A DNA stretch of 64,000 nucleotides, taken from a virus. The stretch covers positions 32,001 through 96,000 of the IMG/VR virus record IMGVR_UViG_3300045253_000023. One strand, given 5' to 3'. Below the pieces are notes generated by a model. It did no database searches and was not told the origin of the DNA. It saw nothing but the letters and a program-made list of their open reading frames with translations. Position 1 is the first letter of the stretch. Every line of letters begins with the position of its first letter. Below, piece by piece: positions 20,502 to 30,968 of this stretch. A program made the translations under genes and the position numbers.

Positions 20502-21458
20502 ATGAGCAAGTTTGAAAAGAAACTTTGGGTTGAGAACTATCGTCCACAAACACTCAACGATGTGATTCTTCCGGAAACATTGAAGGCTGAGTTCCGAAAG
20601 TTTATCGAAGAGAAACAGGTGCCTCATTTGCTCCTTTCTGGACAAGCAGGCACTGGCAAGACCACTATGGCGCGTGTACTCGCAAACGAGATTGGCGCCG
20701 ACTTTTACATGATCAACGGCTCCAAGGAGTCAGGCATCGACACACTGCGCACGAAGGTCGTGTCGTATGCATCAACCACTTCTCTTGAACACCCAGGCCA
20801 GCCCAAGATTCTATTGATCGACGAGGCTGACTATCTGAACGCAAACTCATTCCAACCCGCATTGCGCGGCATCATGGAAGAAGTTTGGGAGAACTGTCGT
20901 TTCATCTTCACATGCAACTACAAGAACAGGCTGATTCCAGCCTTGCATTCTCGATGCACTGTGATTGACTTCTCATTCTCTGCCAATGACAAGATTGAGA
21001 TGATGGGCGCATTCATGTCTCGTTGCATGAAGATTCTGAAGGAAAACAATGTCAAATTCGATCCAAAGGTCTTGGCAGCATTCATCAAGAATCACTTCCC
21101 AGACATGCGTCGTACACTGAATGAGCTTCAACGCTATTCAACCTGTGGCACCATCGATGAAGGCATCCTGAAGGCATCAGGGCAAGACCTGATTGATCAG
21201 ATCGTGGTTTTCTTGAAGAACAAAAACTTCAAACAGATGCGCGATTGGGTTGACATGAATGAATCCATCGATGCTTCGGTGTTGTTCGACAAGCTGTATG
21301 ATGAACTCACTCCGTTCCTCGCTCCGCAATCTGTTCCAGACCTCATCCTGGTGTTGGATGACTATCAGAACAAGGCAGCCATTGTTGTGAATCAACGCAT
21401 CAATCTGGCTGCCTGTCTGACAACTCTGATGTCGACACTGGAGTTCAAAGCATCATGA
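20502..21458 (+). CDS. 44: Clamp loader large subunit gp44
   Basis: LWVENYRP, G.AGTGKTT, IDEAD, LHSRC, FPDMRR. Confidence 0.97.
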   Translation: MSKFEKKLWVENYRPQTLNDVILPETLKAEFRKFIEEKQVPHLLLSGQAGTGKTTMARVLANEIGADFYMINGSKESGIDTLRTKVVSYASTTSLEHPGQPKILLIDEADYLNANSFQPALRGIMEEVWENCRFIFTCNYKNRLIPALHSRCTVIDFSFSANDKIEMMGAFMSRCMKILKENNVKFDPKVLAAFIKNHFPDMRRTLNELQRYSTCGTIDEGILKASGQDLIDQIVVFLKNKNFKQMRDWVDMNESIDASVLFDKLYDELTPFLAPQSVPDLILVLDDYQNKAAIVVNQRINLAACLTTLMSTLEFKAS

Positions 21459-21697
21459 AATCTGTCAAGAAAACTCCCAAAGTTGGCGACTTGAGGATAC
21501 GCAGAATATTCCTTTTCAAATCAAGGAATCTGCGTCGTTTTGAGGGCGGCATGGAAAAACGTTGGTTAGAATTTGCTGATGTGATTCAAGAATGGCAAGA
21601 GTGGACTGAGTGGGAATACACACCAGAAGGCGGCGAAACAGGCTACTATTCTGGATGGAAAGATATCGGATGGTGGGATGAGGAGCGAAACTTATGA
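21455..21697 (+). CDS. Hypothetical Trp-rich protein inserted between gp44 and gp62
   Basis: ATGA overlaps at both ends. Confidence 0.55.
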   Translation: MKSVKKTPKVGDLRIRRIFLFKSRNLRRFEGGMEKRWLEFADVIQEWQEWTEWEYTPEGGETGYYSGWKDIGWWDEERNL

Positions 21698-22104
21698 GTG
21701 AAATCAAACCAGCAACCATTTGGGAGCTGTTGAATGATATCACATCAGAGAAACGTGGCTTGTTTCACGAAGATGAAATGCACCAAAAGGCATACAACAT
21801 CTTCATCTTCAATCTGATGCTATCACAGCATCCTGATTGCATTCTCATCATCAATCAACTCAATGCCCATGGATCATTGTCCAAGAAGTGGCATCATGAT
21901 TTTCTGTTCCACAAGCTGCCACGTCGCAAGCGATTCGCGAAACTGGCAAAGCCTGAAGAAGATCAGAATCTTGACAATGTGATGGAAGTATTGAACCTGT
22001 CCCGAGAAAAGGCATCAGAAATGATGTTTGCTTTTTCCGCAGAAGATTTTGCGGAGATGGCAGCCTCGTTGGACAAAGGAGGAAGGCATCGTGGCACTAA
22101 GTAA
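21694..22104 (+). CDS. 62: Clamp loader small subunit gp62
   Basis: Y..FIFN..LSQH.D, HDFL...L..RKRFAK, LDKGG. Confidence 0.9.
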   Translation: MSEIKPATIWELLNDITSEKRGLFHEDEMHQKAYNIFIFNLMLSQHPDCILIINQLNAHGSLSKKWHHDFLFHKLPRRKRFAKLAKPEEDQNLDNVMEVLNLSREKASEMMFAFSAEDFAEMAASLDKGGRHRGTK

Positions 22105-22144
22105 CTCTGATATCTACCTTCTCGATGACATAGGATGTAACATC

Positions 22145-22588
22145 ATGGATGATGTGTTTGAACGTTTTGGAATTCTTGAGGTTTCATTGGCCTCGCCTGA
22201 CGACTTCTTGAAGATCAAGGAGACGCTCACGCGCATTGGCATCCCATCCTTCAAGACAAAGACCCTCTATCAGTCCTGCCATATCTTTCACAAGCAGGGA
22301 CGCTATGGTATTGTCCATTTCAAAGAACTGTTTGCCCTTGATGGCAAGCCTTCGGAGATGACGGCTGATGATACTGAGCGCCGCAACCTGGTTGCCAAGC
22401 TGATTGTTGAATGGGGTCTCTGCAAGCCAGTGAACTTCGACATCGCCACATTTAATGTTGGCAATGCGTTCAACAAAACCAAGATCATCAAGTTCGGCGA
22501 GAAGCATGAATGGAAACTGGAGTCGAAGCATTCGCTCGGCAAGGTTTCATTGCGCGAAGAACCAAACCAAACAGGAAGACTGGCATGA
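22145..22588 (+). CDS. regA: Translational repressor RegA
   Basis: DDFLKIKETLTRIGI, LYQSCHI.HKQGRY.IVHFKELFALDG. Confidence 0.97.
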   Translation: MDDVFERFGILEVSLASPDDFLKIKETLTRIGIPSFKTKTLYQSCHIFHKQGRYGIVHFKELFALDGKPSEMTADDTERRNLVAKLIVEWGLCKPVNFDIATFNVGNAFNKTKIIKFGEKHEWKLESKHSLGKVSLREEPNQTGRLA

Positions 22589-22824
22589 AGTTCAAACAAT
22601 CTGTAGAGCTCACAGAAAGCAGAAGCATCACGTTCTATGTCGAAGGCGCTGCTGAGGGTATCGACAAGAAATACAACGATCACGGACCAACCGTCAATTG
22701 GTCTGCTCTGGGCAGCGTTGAACTTCCTCAGGCAATAGCATTTGTCAAGTATCTTCAGAAGGCTATTGACACAGCCAAGTCACTCAAACCAGGTCAGCGA
22801 GAGAATTTGAATTTCAGCATTTAA
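22585..22824 (+). CDS. Hypothetical protein; MKFKQSVELTES N-terminus
   Basis: ATGA overlap with regA. Confidence 0.55.
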   Translation: MKFKQSVELTESRSITFYVEGAAEGIDKKYNDHGPTVNWSALGSVELPQAIAFVKYLQKAIDTAKSLKPGQRENLNFSI

Positions 22825-22839
22825 TATGGGGTATTCATT

Positions 22840-23508
22840 ATGGCAGTTGGAAACATTGAATCTGAGGACAAAGGCACAGCAGCACGTTACAATGACAACA
22901 AGATTGAATATGAGTTGATCCCAACTCATCTTCTTGAGTCCACTGCGCGCGTGTTCATGCATGGCAAGAAGAAATACAAAGCATGGAATTGGGCCAAGGG
23001 CATGCCATGGTCTGTTGTCATTGGTTGTATGAAACGTCATCTGGCAGCCATTGAGCGCGGCGAAGACTTTGACGTTGGCAAGAAGGGTTCAGGATTGCGC
23101 CACATTGGGCACATCATGTGCAACGCAATCATGCTTGAACATTACATGAACACCTTCCCCGAAGGTGATGATCGTCCAAAGTGGTTCAATGGCAAAGCGG
23201 AAGGATCGCTTGGTCAGAACGTTCCACTTGAGTCTGAAGATGAACCATCAGTGTTGGGTGGTGCTCTTGCAGAACATCCAGCACCAATGCCAGAAGAAGT
23301 TCAGAATCCAAAGATTTTGCGTTTGGATATTGGAACAATGACTGAGCAAGAAGCCACCAAGGCAATAGCCAAAATCCAAGGTGAATTGGATGACAGGCTT
23401 CTCAACAAATTGTTGGTCTCAACGAGCATTAAACCAACATTCCCATGTAACTCTGGAATCCCAGGGAACTACGAACATCCAACAGTTTCTGGTGGTGATT
23501 TAACCTGA
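22840..23508 (+). CDS. dATP/dGTP diphosphohydrolase-domain protein (DUF5664-like)
   Basis: AARYNDNK..YELIP, VFMHGKKKY..WNW.KG, RHL....GEDFD..SGL.HIGH..CNA. Confidence 0.8.
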   Translation: MAVGNIESEDKGTAARYNDNKIEYELIPTHLLESTARVFMHGKKKYKAWNWAKGMPWSVVIGCMKRHLAAIERGEDFDVGKKGSGLRHIGHIMCNAIMLEHYMNTFPEGDDRPKWFNGKAEGSLGQNVPLESEDEPSVLGGALAEHPAPMPEEVQNPKILRLDIGTMTEQEATKAIAKIQGELDDRLLNKLLVSTSIKPTFPCNSGIPGNYEHPTVSGGDLT

Positions 23509-23571
23509 CCATTGACTTTCCTCAACTATCCAGCTACACTAGCAGAGGCTGGAAGCAAATAGGAGTTCCTC

Positions 23572-26148
23572 ATGTATACATCTGTCGTTCCCTATGGGAA
23601 CTCACTACTCATACGCGAACGTGATGCCAAAGGTCGTTTGAAGGCATGGCGTGAGCGTGAGTTTCAGCCATCTGTCTATATCCATTCAGAGAAAGGCAGC
23701 TTCACCAATCTACGTGGTGATCAGAAACTTGCTCGTGTCGAAACTGGTGACATCGCAGCAACCAAAGACTTCATGGAGTCTTATGTCGAAAACAGCAACG
23801 TCTCAATCTATGGGATGGATAACATTGCTCTGCAATACATTCAAGCCATGTATGACCGCAAGCAACCCATTCCCAAAAGCGCCATTCGAACTGGAACGCT
23901 CGACATTGAAGTTGGTTCAGATCAAGGTTTTCCAGACCCCATGGAAGCCAAATATCCCGTCACAGCAATCACTTATTTCGACTCATTCGATAACATATTC
24001 CACGTTTGGAGTACATGTGCTTGGGAAAGTTCCAAGAGTGAACTGAAGCCTGATGTTCTTCACAGAGTCAAGTATACGCAATGTGATACTGAAGAAGACA
24101 TCCTGCGCGGATTCATGGAATACTGGACAAGCAACTATCCAGACATCATCACTGGTTGGAACACAGATGGATTCGACTTGATCTATCTCTACAACCGCAT
24201 GGTTGGTATTTGGGATGAAACGGAAGCCAACACCATGTCTCCATGGAATGTTGTGCGCACCAAGAAGTTCACCAAGTTCAACAAAGACCAGCATGAAGTC
24301 AATCTGCTGGGCATCAATCAACTGGACTACCTGAAGCTGTATCGCAAGCATACATTCAAGATGCAGGAGTCTTATTCGCTTGACCATATTGCTTCCATTG
24401 AGCTCAAGGGTCATCGCAAACTGTCTTATGAAGAAGTCGGTTCTCTTCATGAACTCTACAAAACCAATCCCCAAAAGTACGTTGATTACAACATCACCGA
24501 CGTTGATTTGGTGTTGCGTATTGACTTCAAGAAGAAGCTGCTGGCTCTGGTGATTGACGTTGCATACTTCGCTGGTGTCAACTACGACGACACGTTCTCT
24601 CCAGTGAAGATTTGGGAAGCCAAAATCTATGACTATCTCATGAGCAATGGCATCATTGTTCCATGGAAGTCCAATCAAGGAGACAATGACTCTGGCGGTG
24701 AATTGCTTGGAGCATTTGTCAAAGAGGCTCCAACTGGCAAGATATGGAAATGGGTGATGTCTTTTGACTTGACCTCATTGTATCCATCCATCATGCGCCA
24801 ATGGAATCTGGGTCCAGACACACTCACATTGCCTCGCAATTATGAATTGCAGCAAATCCATAATCTGAACATTGTCAACAAAATTCTCAAGATGGAATTG
24901 ACAGAAGGTCAATTGGAAGCATTGCGCATGGAGAATTTGTGCCTTGCTGGCAATGGAACATTCTACACCAACAGCAAAAAGTCCTTCATGAATGTGCTCA
25001 TGGAAGAATTGTTCACTGAGCGCAAACGTTGTAAGGACTTGTCGATTGCGGCAAAGAAAGCCAAGACGCATTTGGAAGAAGGCTCTGATGAATGGAAGAA
25101 ACAAGATGCCATCGTCAGTGAGAACTTTGTTCGCGAACAAGCACTCAAGGTGTTGCTGAACTCAGCATATGGCGCTTTGGGCAACGCATACTTCATGTTC
25201 TATGATTTGGATGTGGCAGGTGCTGTGACGTATTCAGGTCAGGCCATCACACAATGGATTGAGATTCGTCTCAACAAATATCTGAATGATCTGTTCAAAA
25301 CCCAAAACGTGGATTACATTTTGTACATCGACACTGACTCAGTGTACATCAACTGCGAACAGTTTGTCAAACGTTTCATTCCAAAGGGAACACCAGAGAA
25401 TGACATCGTTGATTTCCTGGACAAGGTGGGTCAGAAGTTCCGCGATGATGTGATTGATCCAGGCTATGAGCATTTGCAGAAACACCTGAATTGCATGGAA
25501 CAGCTGATGATCATGAAGCGCGAAGCCATCGCCTCGGCCGCATTCTGGAAGGCCAAGAAGAAGTATGCCATGCGCGTACTTGATTCTGAAGGTGTCCGTG
25601 AGGAAGACTACAAGATCATGGGCTTGGAAGCAATTTCAACCAAGACCCCAATTTTCTCACGCAAGGCGCTCAAGGAAGCATACAAGATCATTCTCACCAA
25701 AGAGAATGAAGCACTGCTTGACTTCATTGATGAGTTCCGAACAAAGGTCGATGGCCTGTCCATTGAAGACCTGGCACTTGGCACATCTGTCTCTGGTCTG
25801 AAGAAGTATTCAGATGATGAAGGCTATCCAATCCAAGGCACCCCACAGCATGTAGCAGCCGCGTTGCTCTACAATCGTCTGATCAAGCAATATGGTGTGG
25901 ATGGCACCTATGAGTCCATCAAGGAAGGCGAGAAGATGAAGATGGTCTATCTTAAACAACGCAATCCATTGAAGACCTTCACTGTAGTTGGTTTCTCCAG
26001 CTTCTGGCCTCGTCAATTTGAGCTTGACAAGTTCATTGATCGCAACCGCATGTTTGAGCGTGGATTCTTGTCACCACTCGCTGAGATGTGCGACACATTC
26101 AATTGGCAAACTGAACGTGTTGCCGATTTGACACAATTTTTCACATAA
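23572..26148 (+). CDS. 43: Family B DNA polymerase gp43
   Basis: DIEV exonuclease, SFDLTSLYPSI, KVLLNSAYG, YIDTDS. Confidence 0.99.
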   Translation: MYTSVVPYGNSLLIRERDAKGRLKAWREREFQPSVYIHSEKGSFTNLRGDQKLARVETGDIAATKDFMESYVENSNVSIYGMDNIALQYIQAMYDRKQPIPKSAIRTGTLDIEVGSDQGFPDPMEAKYPVTAITYFDSFDNIFHVWSTCAWESSKSELKPDVLHRVKYTQCDTEEDILRGFMEYWTSNYPDIITGWNTDGFDLIYLYNRMVGIWDETEANTMSPWNVVRTKKFTKFNKDQHEVNLLGINQLDYLKLYRKHTFKMQESYSLDHIASIELKGHRKLSYEEVGSLHELYKTNPQKYVDYNITDVDLVLRIDFKKKLLALVIDVAYFAGVNYDDTFSPVKIWEAKIYDYLMSNGIIVPWKSNQGDNDSGGELLGAFVKEAPTGKIWKWVMSFDLTSLYPSIMRQWNLGPDTLTLPRNYELQQIHNLNIVNKILKMELTEGQLEALRMENLCLAGNGTFYTNSKKSFMNVLMEELFTERKRCKDLSIAAKKAKTHLEEGSDEWKKQDAIVSENFVREQALKVLLNSAYGALGNAYFMFYDLDVAGAVTYSGQAITQWIEIRLNKYLNDLFKTQNVDYILYIDTDSVYINCEQFVKRFIPKGTPENDIVDFLDKVGQKFRDDVIDPGYEHLQKHLNCMEQLMIMKREAIASAAFWKAKKKYAMRVLDSEGVREEDYKIMGLEAISTKTPIFSRKALKEAYKIILTKENEALLDFIDEFRTKVDGLSIEDLALGTSVSGLKKYSDDEGYPIQGTPQHVAAALLYNRLIKQYGVDGTYESIKEGEKMKMVYLKQRNPLKTFTVVGFSSFWPRQFELDKFIDRNRMFERGFLSPLAEMCDTFNWQTERVADLTQFFT

Positions 26149-26157
26149 GGAAACCCC

Positions 26158-27270
26158 ATGTCCAAAGTATCCGAACTTGCTAAGAAACTCCTGGCGTCAT
26201 CGAAGTCTGAATATGCCTCGATGATTGAAGAATCAGAAGTGTTCAAGAAGACCTTTGTCCAAACTGAAATTCCAATCATCAATGCTGCTCTGTCTGGACA
26301 TCTTGATGGTGGTTTGACTTCAGGTCACACAGTGCTTGCTGGTGAATCGCGTTCATTCAAGACCTTGATTGGTTTGTTCTTGATGCGCGCCTATCTCAAC
26401 AAGTTTCCAGACGCAGTTGCCGTCATGTACGACAATGAGTTTGGTTCTCCTCCGATCTATTTGGAAGGCATGGGCATTGACACCAAGCGCCTGATCCATG
26501 TTCCATTCACCAATGTTGAGCAATTGAAGTTCTCACTGGTGTCCCAGTTGGACTCAGTAAAGCGTGGCGACAAGGTGTACTTCTTCATTGATTCCATTGG
26601 CGCAGCAGCATCCAAGAAGGAATTGGAAGATGCGCAGAAGGAATCCAGTGCAGCAGACATGACGCGCGCAAAGCAGATCAAGTCGTTGTTCCGCATGATC
26701 ACTCCATACTTCTCATTGCTGGATATTCCGTTGGTGACCATCAACCATATCTACATGACGCAAGAATTGTATGCACAGGCTGTCGTGTCTGGTGGTACTG
26801 GTGTCATGTTGTCAGCAGACACCTGCTTGATCATCACCAAGTCGAAGTTGAAAGAAACCATTGGTGGCAAAGAAAAACACAGTGGATTCCAATTCAACAT
26901 CAATGTTGAAAAGAGTCGTTTTGTGAAAGAAAAGTCGCGCTTGCCGTTGACTGTTCGATTCGATCGTGGTATTGATCCATGGTCAGGCTTGTTTGAACTT
27001 GGTCTTGAATTGGGCTACATCGTCCAACCAAAGAACGCATGGTATGCGCGCACCTTCCTCGACAAGAAGACAGGTGAGTTGGTTCCAGAAGCAAAGAACT
27101 GGCGCAAGGAAGATACCAAGTCCACTGAGTTCTGGACTGAATTGATTGAGAAGTCTGACTTCGCAAAGTCAGTTTCCCGTCACTATGCTCTCAAGAGCGA
27201 AAACCTTGTATCGGAGGATTCCAATGCGATTCTGGCAATGTTTGAAAACGCTCCTGAGTCGGAAGACTAA
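26158..27270 (+). CDS. uvsX: RecA-like recombinase UvsX
   Basis: AGESRSFKT, IDSIG..ASKKE, DMTRAK..KSLFR, KSRFVKEK. Confidence 0.97.
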   Translation: MSKVSELAKKLLASSKSEYASMIEESEVFKKTFVQTEIPIINAALSGHLDGGLTSGHTVLAGESRSFKTLIGLFLMRAYLNKFPDAVAVMYDNEFGSPPIYLEGMGIDTKRLIHVPFTNVEQLKFSLVSQLDSVKRGDKVYFFIDSIGAAASKKELEDAQKESSAADMTRAKQIKSLFRMITPYFSLLDIPLVTINHIYMTQELYAQAVVSGGTGVMLSADTCLIITKSKLKETIGGKEKHSGFQFNINVEKSRFVKEKSRLPLTVRFDRGIDPWSGLFELGLELGYIVQPKNAWYARTFLDKKTGELVPEAKNWRKEDTKSTEFWTELIEKSDFAKSVSRHYALKSENLVSEDSNAILAMFENAPESED

Positions 27271-27559
27271 GGAAGCAGACATCATCCGCAGGAACGTGAC
27301 CATCGATGGGCGCAAATGGCCCATCATGATCACAGACATCAGACCCTGTTTTGAGATTGATGGCAAAGTTGGTATTCAAGTTGATTGGCAGCTTGATTTG
27401 ACTAATCCTCGTCTTTCAGGTATGATAAAGTCTCTACAGCTTCCTGATGGTGAAGTTGTACCGCACTCCGCGATCAAACCAAAAGAACTCGATGAAGTGA
27501 TGACCAAGATTGGAGACTATCTCCAAGCTGAACTCGCTGAGGGTTTCAAACAAGGATAA
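27146..27559 (+). CDS. Hypothetical protein between uvsX and gp41 (start uncertain)
   Basis: ORF fills the gap, in the gp40-like position. Confidence 0.45.
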   Translation: MRSLTSQSQFPVTMLSRAKTLYRRIPMRFWQCLKTLLSRKTKEADIIRRNVTIDGRKWPIMITDIRPCFEIDGKVGIQVDWQLDLTNPRLSGMIKSLQLPDGEVVPHSAIKPKELDEVMTKIGDYLQAELAEGFKQG

Positions 27560-27562
27560 CAC

Positions 27563-29032
27563 ATGAGCGATGAATCACAACAGAAGAGCATCAAATCGCT
27601 GTCTTCTGTTCCTGATCTTGTTCTCCATGGCCTGTTGTTCAATGAAGAGTATTTCCGACATGTAATTCCATACCTGAAGAAAGAGTACTTCGAAGATGAG
27701 TCATCAAAGATCATCTTCGATACTATTCAAGACTTCGAGAAGGAATACAGCAGCCGCGCAACGCCTGCTTCATTGTTCATCTCAATTGAGAAGCGCAAGG
27801 GCATCTCAGAAACAACGCTCAACGATTGTGTTCAAAAGATCGAAGACATTGTTTCTCATGAAGAATCTGGACTAACAACAGACAATCAATGGCTCACCAA
27901 CTCCACCGAGAGTTGGGTCAAGGACCGCGCGTTCTTCTCTGTGTTGTTGAAGGCAGCTGATGCTGTCAATGGCAAGAAAGAGATGTCGCAACTTGGCATC
28001 CCTGATGAGATGAATGAGGCCATGTCCATCTCATTCAACACTACGATCGGTCATGACTATCTGGTGGACGCTGAGAAGCGATATGAGTTCTACCACAAGA
28101 AAGAGAACAAGATTCCATTCAAGATTGAGATGTTCAATCGTATTACCAAGGGTGGATTGGTTCCGAAGACACTGACATGTTTCATGTCGAACACGACAGG
28201 TGGATTCAAGTCAGGTACGATGTGCGATTATGCGGCATTCTTGTTGACACAAGGCTATGATGTGTTGTACATCACCTTAGAAATGTCTGAAGAGAAGATT
28301 GCTCATCGTATTGACGGCAATCTGATGAACCTGGAGTTGGATTATGTTGAGACCATTGGGCGCGAGAACTACATGTCCAAGGTTGAAAAGATGCGCAAGG
28401 ATTACACTGGCAAGCTCATCATCAAGGAATTCCCAACATCAGGCGCGCATGCTGGACACTTCCGCTATCTGTTGAAGGAACTCAAGCAGAAGAAGAAATT
28501 CAAACCAAAGGTTGTGTTCATTGACTATCTGAATATCTGCTCTTCCTCGCGTCTCTCTGCTGCCACATCAAACAGCTACAGCTATGTCAAGTCGATTGCC
28601 GAGGAGTTGCGCGGACTTGCGATCGAGATGGACTTTGCCTGTGTCACTGGTACACAAGGTGGTCGCGATGCGATTGAGTCCACTGATGTGGGTCTGGGTG
28701 ATGTTTCTGAATCCATCGGCCTTCCAAACACCTGCGATCTGTTTCTTGCTATCATCACCACTGAACAATTGGACAGCATGAATCAGCTGATGTTCAAACA
28801 GCTGAAGAATCGCTATGGTGATTTGGCAAAGTATCGAACCTTTGCAGTGGGTGTCAACAAGGCCAAGATGCAATTATATGACATCAGCAACCAGCAACAG
28901 CCTGGAGTAGTCGCGCCCAAAGGTCGTACAGTGACGACAGGAAATGGTTCTGAGGAGATCAATCTGGAGACAGGCGAAGTAACCAAGATTGCGCAAAGCA
29001 AGAAAGGCAACTTCGATGGATTCAAGTTCTGA
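27563..29032 (+). CDS. 41: Replicative helicase gp41
   Basis: YITLEMSEEKIA.RID, IDYLNIC, AEELRGLA, SESIGLP.T.D, KQLKNRY. Confidence 0.97.
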   Translation: MSDESQQKSIKSLSSVPDLVLHGLLFNEEYFRHVIPYLKKEYFEDESSKIIFDTIQDFEKEYSSRATPASLFISIEKRKGISETTLNDCVQKIEDIVSHEESGLTTDNQWLTNSTESWVKDRAFFSVLLKAADAVNGKKEMSQLGIPDEMNEAMSISFNTTIGHDYLVDAEKRYEFYHKKENKIPFKIEMFNRITKGGLVPKTLTCFMSNTTGGFKSGTMCDYAAFLLTQGYDVLYITLEMSEEKIAHRIDGNLMNLELDYVETIGRENYMSKVEKMRKDYTGKLIIKEFPTSGAHAGHFRYLLKELKQKKKFKPKVVFIDYLNICSSSRLSAATSNSYSYVKSIAEELRGLAIEMDFACVTGTQGGRDAIESTDVGLGDVSESIGLPNTCDLFLAIITTEQLDSMNQLMFKQLKNRYGDLAKYRTFAVGVNKAKMQLYDISNQQQPGVVAPKGRTVTTGNGSEEINLETGEVTKIAQSKKGNFDGFKF

Positions 29033-29038
29033 TTGTTG

Positions 29039-29569
29039 TTACTTCTCGAGTTTCTGAATGCCTTGCGATGTTTCTTGGGCAGGCCACAGGTGTCTGTCAA
29101 CATATGGAGCAAGGAAGCTCATGATGGCAAGAGCACCAATCAACAACCAACGCGCAATCTCAAGTTTGCGGATGCGCTCATCTCTGATTTTGTTGTCTTC
29201 CTTTCTGTCAAGTTCGCGCTGATCAGCTTCCTTGCGAAGCTGTACAACTTCAGCATCGTTGTCCTTCTCCATTCGCTCAAGGTTCTTTGTAAGAACATCA
29301 TCTTTGGAATTCAGCAACTTTTCCATGGTGAGCATGGTTCGTTCCTGAATGCTGATGACAGCTTCAAGTTTGGATGTGACGCCATCGATCTTGCTGACTG
29401 TGTTGTCAATTTTTCCATACAAGAACTGGAGTGATTGAATGTCACGTTTGACAATTTGGATGTCAGTCTTGGCGTTTGCTAGGTCGCGTGCGATTTCGCC
29501 TTCGAAGAAAGATGAGTTATCTTGTGGTCTAGGCGACATTGTTTTACAATCCCTTGAGAAATTTGTCAA
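29039..29569 (-). CDS. Coiled-coil protein with C-terminal TM segment
   Basis: Heptad-rich, ends RIRKLEIARWLLIGALAIMSFL. Confidence 0.65.
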   Translation of the reverse strand: MTNFSRDCKTMSPRPQDNSSFFEGEIARDLANAKTDIQIVKRDIQSLQFLYGKIDNTVSKIDGVTSKLEAVISIQERTMLTMEKLLNSKDDVLTKNLERMEKDNDAEVVQLRKEADQRELDRKEDNKIRDERIRKLEIARWLLIGALAIMSFLAPYVDRHLWPAQETSQGIQKLEK

Positions 29570-29921
29570 TTGATGAATCGCACTTTACTCCACCATCATT
29601 CTCAGGTAGAATAGAAAGAAACCGCAAGAATGAATTCAGCTGAGGCTGAAATTCCTTGGGGACGTAAAAGTGCAACAGTTTGTTTGTGGCTTCTGCACCA
29701 AACAAATTGTTCAGTGTTATAATGTGGTTCAACGTCAGATGATGGTTGTCTGATTCACCTTTCTTATATCTGGTCATCAACTTTTTGATGTAGAAGAAGA
29801 TTCGCATGTCCTCATCGAATTCATCTCCATTGAACATCTGGTCATTTTTGTAGTGCCGCCAGGCATATTTTCTCACGCTGTCTTTGTTCAATACTTCATC
29901 TTGGTCGTTCATATAGTCCAT
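29544..29921 (-). CDS. T4-like conserved hypothetical protein
   Basis: YA..HY.N, EFDED...F.YIKKL..RY, L.LNHII.L.NLFG motif; divergent from primase. Confidence 0.7.
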   Translation of the reverse strand: MDYMNDQDEVLNKDSVRKYAWRHYKNDQMFNGDEFDEDMRIFFYIKKLMTRYKKGESDNHHLTLNHIITLNNLFGAEATNKLLHFYVPKEFQPQLNSFLRFLSILPENDGGVKCDSSIDKFLKGL

Positions 29922-30954
29922 GTCGTTAATCTCAGATACCAAATTCCTGCTGATGATCTCTCATAAACTTGAGGGATTTCATCAGACATCCTCAACGACA
30001 TGGAACTGTCGCTGTCCATTGTGTGGTGACTCCGAGAAGAAGAAGTCCAAGATGCGTGGCTACTTCTACCCATCAAAGAATGGAGACTCAATCTCATTCA
30101 AGTGTCACAATTGCGGTGAAAGCCACTCGTTGTCTTATATCATAAAACTGGCAGCCAAAGACTACTATCAACAATACTTATATGAGAGGCTTGTGGGAAG
30201 GCAGGGCCAACGCAGAATGCGTGCACTAGACCCTGTTCCTCAAGAACGAAAGCCAAACAGAGCAGTTGCTGTTGACAACTTCAACAAGCTCATATATCGC
30301 ATTGATATGCTGCCAAAAGATCACGACGCACCACAGTATCTAGCTTCTCGATCTATACCAGAAACAGCTTGGAAAACCATGATGTGGACGCCTACATTCA
30401 TGGCATTTGTCAACAGTGTTGTCCCAGACAAATTCAACGAGCGATCCCTAAGTAACGATTATCCAGCATTGATTCTTCCCATGATCGACAAAGACAACGT
30501 TGTCTTTGGCTTTCAAGGTCGATCTCTTGTTGATGATCCATACATTCCAAGATACATCAGCATCATGCTGGATGAGAACAAGGAACGTTTGTTTGGGCTC
30601 AACAGAGTTGACATGAACAAGAAGTTCTATGTCGTTGAAGGACCACTGGATTCTCTCTTCCTTGATAACTCTATTGCCGTTTGTGGGTCAGACATGCAAC
30701 GAGTCGAAGGCACCAACGCGGTGTTTGTGACTGATTGCGAACCACGAAACAAACAAATCGTCGGGAAGATACAGAAGCTCATCGAAGCAAACCGCAAAGT
30801 CTGTCTGTTGCCGCCAGAAGTTTTCTCTGGTGAGGACATCAATGACATGATCGATGCTGGTTACACCCAAGAAGAAATACACGACCTGCTTGATATGCAC
30901 ACATATCAAGGAGCAGTCGCATTCATTCAATTCCAGAAATGGCGCAGAGTTTAA
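29920..30954 (+). CDS. 61: DNA primase gp61
   Basis: CPLCGDS..K.RGY, CHNC zinc finger, GFQGR, VVEGPLDSLF, D.EPRN. Confidence 0.97.
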   Translation: MSLISDTKFLLMISHKLEGFHQTSSTTWNCRCPLCGDSEKKKSKMRGYFYPSKNGDSISFKCHNCGESHSLSYIIKLAAKDYYQQYLYERLVGRQGQRRMRALDPVPQERKPNRAVAVDNFNKLIYRIDMLPKDHDAPQYLASRSIPETAWKTMMWTPTFMAFVNSVVPDKFNERSLSNDYPALILPMIDKDNVVFGFQGRSLVDDPYIPRYISIMLDENKERLFGLNRVDMNKKFYVVEGPLDSLFLDNSIAVCGSDMQRVEGTNAVFVTDCEPRNKQIVGKIQKLIEANRKVCLLPPEVFSGEDINDMIDAGYTQEEIHDLLDMHTYQGAVAFIQFQKWRRV

Positions 30955-30968
30955 TACAGGAGCAACAC

